Assembly: GCA_040081625.1 (NCBI GenBank)
Contig: JBEBGD010000093.1
Location: forward strand, 1-21,723
Reading direction: 5' to 3'
DNA: 21,723 nucleotides
Source: Chthoniobacteraceae bacterium
GTDB taxonomy: Bacteria; Verrucomicrobiota; Verrucomicrobiia; Chthoniobacterales; Chthoniobacteraceae
The position numbers and the translations under genes are program-made. The notes under the pieces are model-generated. The model worked only from the letters and a program-made list of their open reading frames with translations, was not told the DNA's origin and did no database searches. Shown piece by piece: positions 17,570 through 21,723 of this stretch; the first letter of the stretch is position 1, and each line of letters begins with the position of its first letter.

Positions 17570-20560
17570 ATGCCGCCGAGCGATCTCCTACCCCCGCCTC
17601 CGGGATCCTGGCTGAGCCGGAAGCTTTCCGTCGTGGCACAGTTGACCGTGCTCGTAGCAGCCACCCTGGCGGTTCTGCTCGGCATCATTTTTGCAGCCGT
17701 TTATTTCGAAGGCCGCGAACTCGTGGAGGCACAAATCGACGCACGCCTCTCCGCGGTCGCGGAGAGCCGCCGCGACTACGTGGCCGAGTGGATCGGCCGG
17801 CAGCACGACCGCGTGGACATCTTCGCCACGCGCGGGGTGCTGCGGAACTTCCTCGAGAAGCACGCGGCAAAGCAACCCGAAGAGCCACAGCGCGGGCAGT
17901 CACAGGAAAATCTCGAAGGCCACGTGAGCATCGGTGCCGCGCTCGTGGCCAGCATCACCGATCGCGAAGGGGTCGTGCTTTTGAGCAGCGACTCCGCCGA
18001 GGTCGGCCGCAATAGAGCGGGCGACGCACTCTTCCAGGCGGGACTGGAGGGACCCTCCGTCGGGTGGCCCGAACCGGCAGGCGACGGCTTCACCGTCGAG
18101 ATCGCGGCTCCCACGCGCTGGATCGATGGGACGCGCGCCGCGCTGGGCGTGGTCGTCTTAAAAGTGGATGCGTCGCCGCTCGCCGTCGCGCTGCGCAATA
18201 CGACGGGCCTTGGCCAGACCGGCGAAGTCGTGCTCGTCATCCGGGAGGGCGATCAGATCCGCCTGCTCTTTCCTCTCCGCCACTCGGGCCAGCGCGATTC
18301 GCTGCCCGCCGCTCTCGTTCCGGCGATCGATGCTGCGACCACGGGGCAGTCCAGTTTCCTGCACACGACGGACTACCGCGGCATCCCGGTGCTCGCCGCG
18401 GCGCGACCCATCGGCTACGGCGGCTGGGGTCTGGTCGTGAAGATGGACGAACACGAAGCGTATGCGCCGATCGACACGGCGCAGCGCGCGGCGCTGGTGC
18501 TCGCTGCGGCGATCAGCTTGATCGGTTTGATCGGCGCTTACAGTGTCGCGCGCGGCTTCACGCGCCCCATCCGCCGGCTGGGCCGCGCGGCGGAATCGGT
18601 CGCGAATGGCGACCTGAACGTCGCGGTGCCCGTGCGCTCGAGCAACGAACTCGGTGTGCTTAGCGCGGCTTTCAACGAGATGATCGCCGCGTTGCGCGCG
18701 CGAATCGGCGAACGCGAACGGGCAGAAGCGGCGCTCGATGCGGAACGCGCCCGGCTGCGCACCTTGATCGATGTGCTGCCGTTTTCCATCTACGTGAAGG
18801 ACACGCAGCACCGCTTCCTCGTCGCGAATGTGGAGTGCGCCCGCGCCATCGGCGCGGCGGCGCCCGCCGAGTTACTCGGAAAGACGGACGCCGACTTTTT
18901 TCCCGAGGCCCTCGCCGCTGCCGCTCTGGAAAATGAGCGCCCAGTGCTCGCGGGCGAGCCGGTTTTCGACCTCGAACACGAGAGCATCCGTCCCGGCGGT
19001 TCAGTCATCATCGAGCTGACCACCAAGGTGCCATTGCGTGACGCCGCGGGAAATGTCATCGGCCTCGTCGGCGTGAGCCGCGACATCACCGGGCGCCGGC
19101 GCGCGGACGAAGCGCTGCGCGCGAGCGAAGCACTGCTGCGCTCGATCACTGATCACACCGAGGACATCATCTTCGTGAAGGACCGCCAGTCGCGCACGAT
19201 CTTCAAGAATCCCGCCGGGCTGCGCGCGGACGCGCTGCCTCCGGAAAAAGTGATCGGCCACACCGACACTCAGTTTGTCGCCGACTCCGAACAGGCGGCG
19301 AGATTCCTCGCCGCCGATCGCCGCGTGATGGAGTCGGGGCGGACCGAGACGGTCGAGGAGGTGCTCACTTCCGCCACCGGCGAGGAGCACGTGCTGCTCA
19401 CGACGAAGACGCCGCGCTTCGATGCGGACGGCAACGTTATCGGCCTGGTCGGCGTCGCGCGGGACATCACCGCGCGGAAAGCGGCGGAACAGGCGCTGCG
19501 CGAAAGCAATGAGCGCTACGAACTGGTCGTGACCGGCGCTCACGCTGCCATCTGGGATTGGAACATCGTCGCCCGGCGCGTCTATTATTCGCCGCGATGG
19601 AAGCAAGTGCGCGGTTACACCGACGACGAAATCAGCGATCGCGAAGAAGAGTGGAGCGAGCGCATCCATGCAGACGACCGGGACCACGTCATTGCGGCGC
19701 TGCGCGCGCACATCGAGGGAAGGGCTCCACTTTTCTCCGAGGAATACCGAATCCTGTGCAAGGACGGCTCGTGGAAGTGGGTGCTGGACCGCGGGCTCGC
19801 GCTGCGAAATTCGGCGGGGCATCCGATCCGGATGGCCGGCTCGGAAACAGACATCACCGAACGCAAACGCGCCGAGGAGGAGATCAAGGCCTCGCTCGCC
19901 GAGAAGGAAGTGCTGCTCAGCGAAGTGCATCACCGCGTGAAGAATAACCTCCAGATCGTCTCCAGCCTGCTGAACCTCCAGACCCGGCAGCTCACCGACC
20001 CGGCCCTCATCGAAGTCTTCTCGAGCACGCGCGACCGTGTGGCCGCGATGGCCGCCGTGCATGAGCGGCTTTACGAAAGCGGAGACTTCGCCCGCATCGA
20101 CCTCGGCGCGCACCTCGGCTCCCTCGCGCGCGTGCTTATGCGTGCCCACTCGCCGGCCGGCGCACGCGTCCGCCCGGTCCTGCGCCTCGATCCGGTGCCT
20201 GTCGATTTGAACACCGCCGTGCCGCTCAGCCTCATCGCCAACGAACTCATCCTCAACGCACTCAAATACGCATTCGCCGGTCGTCAGGACGGCGAGCTTA
20301 CCCTCGAACTCCACACCAGTGCGGGATACCGCGAACTGCGCGTGGCCGACGACGGCCCCGGCTTCCCGGCGACGCTCGATCCCGCCACCACGACCACCCT
20401 CGGCCTGCGCCTCGTCCGCGACCTCGCCCGGCAGATCCGCGCCGAATTGCGGATTGACAGCTCCACGTCGGGCACCAACGTCGTCCTCCGTTGGCCCGAA
20501 CAGCTCGCGGCGAATGAGCGAGCGACACCGGCCGACGTGACAGGCGCGCCGGAAACATGA
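17570..20560 (+). CDS. Membrane sensor histidine kinase: TM-periplasmic (Cache-like)-TM-HAMP-3xPAS/PAC-HisKA_2-HATPase
   Basis: Two TMs; HAMP PIRRL..AA..VA.GDL...NELGVL..AFNEM; three PAC ends (RDIT, RDIT, TDITERK); EVHHRVKNNLQ, NELILNALKYAF, DDGPGF, TLGL.LV. Start uncertain (ATG 17549, 17558 or 17570). Confidence 0.93.
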   Translation: MPPSDLLPPPPGSWLSRKLSVVAQLTVLVAATLAVLLGIIFAAVYFEGRELVEAQIDARLSAVAESRRDYVAEWIGRQHDRVDIFATRGVLRNFLEKHAAKQPEEPQRGQSQENLEGHVSIGAALVASITDREGVVLLSSDSAEVGRNRAGDALFQAGLEGPSVGWPEPAGDGFTVEIAAPTRWIDGTRAALGVVVLKVDASPLAVALRNTTGLGQTGEVVLVIREGDQIRLLFPLRHSGQRDSLPAALVPAIDAATTGQSSFLHTTDYRGIPVLAAARPIGYGGWGLVVKMDEHEAYAPIDTAQRAALVLAAAISLIGLIGAYSVARGFTRPIRRLGRAAESVANGDLNVAVPVRSSNELGVLSAAFNEMIAALRARIGERERAEAALDAERARLRTLIDVLPFSIYVKDTQHRFLVANVECARAIGAAAPAELLGKTDADFFPEALAAAALENERPVLAGEPVFDLEHESIRPGGSVIIELTTKVPLRDAAGNVIGLVGVSRDITGRRRADEALRASEALLRSITDHTEDIIFVKDRQSRTIFKNPAGLRADALPPEKVIGHTDTQFVADSEQAARFLAADRRVMESGRTETVEEVLTSATGEEHVLLTTKTPRFDADGNVIGLVGVARDITARKAAEQALRESNERYELVVTGAHAAIWDWNIVARRVYYSPRWKQVRGYTDDEISDREEEWSERIHADDRDHVIAALRAHIEGRAPLFSEEYRILCKDGSWKWVLDRGLALRNSAGHPIRMAGSETDITERKRAEEEIKASLAEKEVLLSEVHHRVKNNLQIVSSLLNLQTRQLTDPALIEVFSSTRDRVAAMAAVHERLYESGDFARIDLGAHLGSLARVLMRAHSPAGARVRPVLRLDPVPVDLNTAVPLSLIANELILNALKYAFAGRQDGELTLELHTSAGYRELRVADDGPGFPATLDPATTTTLGLRLVRDLARQIRAELRIDSSTSGTNVVLRWPEQLAANERATPADVTGAPET

Positions 20561-21150
20561 GCAAGATTCGCATTCTTATCGTCGAAGATGAAGCGGTCAC
20601 CGCAGCCGACCTGCACGATGAATTGATCGCTCAAGGCTATGAGGTCATCGGCACCACGGACACCGCCGAAGGCGCGCTTCGGCTGGCCGAGGCGGGCAAG
20701 CCTGAGATGGTGCTCATGGACATCAACCTCGCCGGCAGCGCGGACGGTATCCACGCCGCGAGTGCCATGCGCGGTGCCGAGATCCCCGTCATTTTTCTCA
20801 CCGCCCACTACGACCAGCGCACGCTCGCGCGTGCGAAGAAAGCAACGCCCGTCGGTTACATCTCGAAACCCTTAGAGCCGCACGAACTGTCCGTCGCGAT
20901 CGAGATCGGCATCGAGCGCCATCGCTCCGACACCGAGCGGATGCGGCTGCTGCGCGAGATCGAACACGAGCGCGAGCAGGTGAAGATCCTGCGGGGCCTG
21001 CTGCCGATCTGCGCGTGCTGCAAAAAAATCCGCAACGACGCGGGCTACTGGCAGAGCGTCGAGTCCTATATCTCGAGCCACAGCGACGCCACCTTCACGC
21101 ACAGCTACTGCCCGGCGTGCGCGCTGACAGTCTTGGGCGATCTCACGTAG
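20557..21150 (+). CDS. Response regulator: receiver domain, coiled coil and Cys-rich C-terminal domain
   Basis: IVEDE, LMDINL, FLTA, ISKP; tail LLPICACCKKIR..GYW..VESYI...FTHSYCPAC; ATGA overlap with the kinase stop. Confidence 0.92.
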   Translation: MSKIRILIVEDEAVTAADLHDELIAQGYEVIGTTDTAEGALRLAEAGKPEMVLMDINLAGSADGIHAASAMRGAEIPVIFLTAHYDQRTLARAKKATPVGYISKPLEPHELSVAIEIGIERHRSDTERMRLLREIEHEREQVKILRGLLPICACCKKIRNDAGYWQSVESYISSHSDATFTHSYCPACALTVLGDLT

Positions 21151-21170
21151 CGAGGACGCGACGACCGGGA

Positions 21171-21722
21171 TTACGGCCGATTCAGCATCCCAAGCCGGGG
21201 CGTCGAGCCGGAGACGAACACCGCCGCCTTCGGGCGATCGGGGAAGGGCTGGAACGTCAGGTCGCCGAGCGGCGTCACGCTTTCGCCGTCGAAGAAGTGC
21301 ACGTCGCCACGGAACCGCGGCCCGGAGGCGACGATGATCTCCGCAATGCCGTCGGAATCCACGTCGGAAGTCGCGACGTCCACGATGCCGCCCTTGACTC
21401 CGCCGAGCACCGTGATCGGGCCGAGGAGCGAATTGGACTGCGTCGAGTAAATCGAGATCTGCGCCTTCTGCCCGAGGCCGCCAGACATGATGATATCCGC
21501 GCGGCCATCGCCATTGATGTCGCCCGCGGCGACCTGCACCGCGCGGCCTTTTGCGAGAGTGAGTTCGAGGAGCTTCACCGAGGGCGTCGGCGTCGCGAGG
21601 AATTGCGCGCCGTCAAACACGATCACCTTGCGACCGTCGCGCCGCGAAGCGATGAGGTCGTCGCGGCCGTCGCGGACTTCGATGGCGACGGCGAGGTGCG
21701 CGCCGGGCGCGACGGTGCCGAA
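21171..21722 (-). CDS. 3' end of an FG-GAP/VCBS-like repeat protein (partial, runs off the window edge)
   Basis: Frame is open from the window end; repeats VAAGDINGDGRADII and VATSDVDSDGIAEII, plus degenerate VAIEVRDGRDDLI. Confidence 0.8.
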   Translation of the reverse strand, partial: FGTVAPGAHLAVAIEVRDGRDDLIASRRDGRKVIVFDGAQFLATPTPSVKLLELTLAKGRAVQVAAGDINGDGRADIIMSGGLGQKAQISIYSTQSNSLLGPITVLGGVKGGIVDVATSDVDSDGIAEIIVASGPRFRGDVHFFDGESVTPLGDLTFQPFPDRPKAAVFVSGSTPRLGMLNRP

Positions 21723-21723
21723 G

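Overview
High-GC (roughly two-thirds, by eye), gene-dense bacterial chromosomal segment, probably Verrucomicrobia/PVC (inferred from the kinase-FGE fusion, long IspG, DXR 'ASKE' motif and FG-GAP protein style). Left to right: a Ser/Thr kinase-TM-FGE gene (-); a coupled + strand run of a TlpA-like protein, a UxaE-like protein, a GT-C-like membrane protein, serS and tilS; a long - strand run rpsB-tsf-cdsA-dxr-rseP-ispG followed by an NtrC-family regulator and a class-V PLP enzyme; a PAS/HisKA_2 histidine kinase with a response regulator (+); and the 3' end of an FG-GAP-repeat protein. No rRNA, tRNA, CRISPR array, transposase or defence system was seen. Most of the window is housekeeping. The best leads are: (1) an in-frame, translated GTAG-type REP doublet (REPIN) plus a second repeat-derived insertion inside the kinase gene, and a heptamer tandem repeat inside ispG; (2) a translationally coupled trio in which two genes look like pseudo-enzymes (TlpA with SxxS instead of CxxC; truncated UxaE lacking its active-site motifs) next to a GT-C-like protein; (3) structured RNAs in the rpsB leader and the rpsB-tsf spacer; (4) absence of pyrH-frr-uppS from their usual position. 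All family assignments are from motif recognition; no searches were run.
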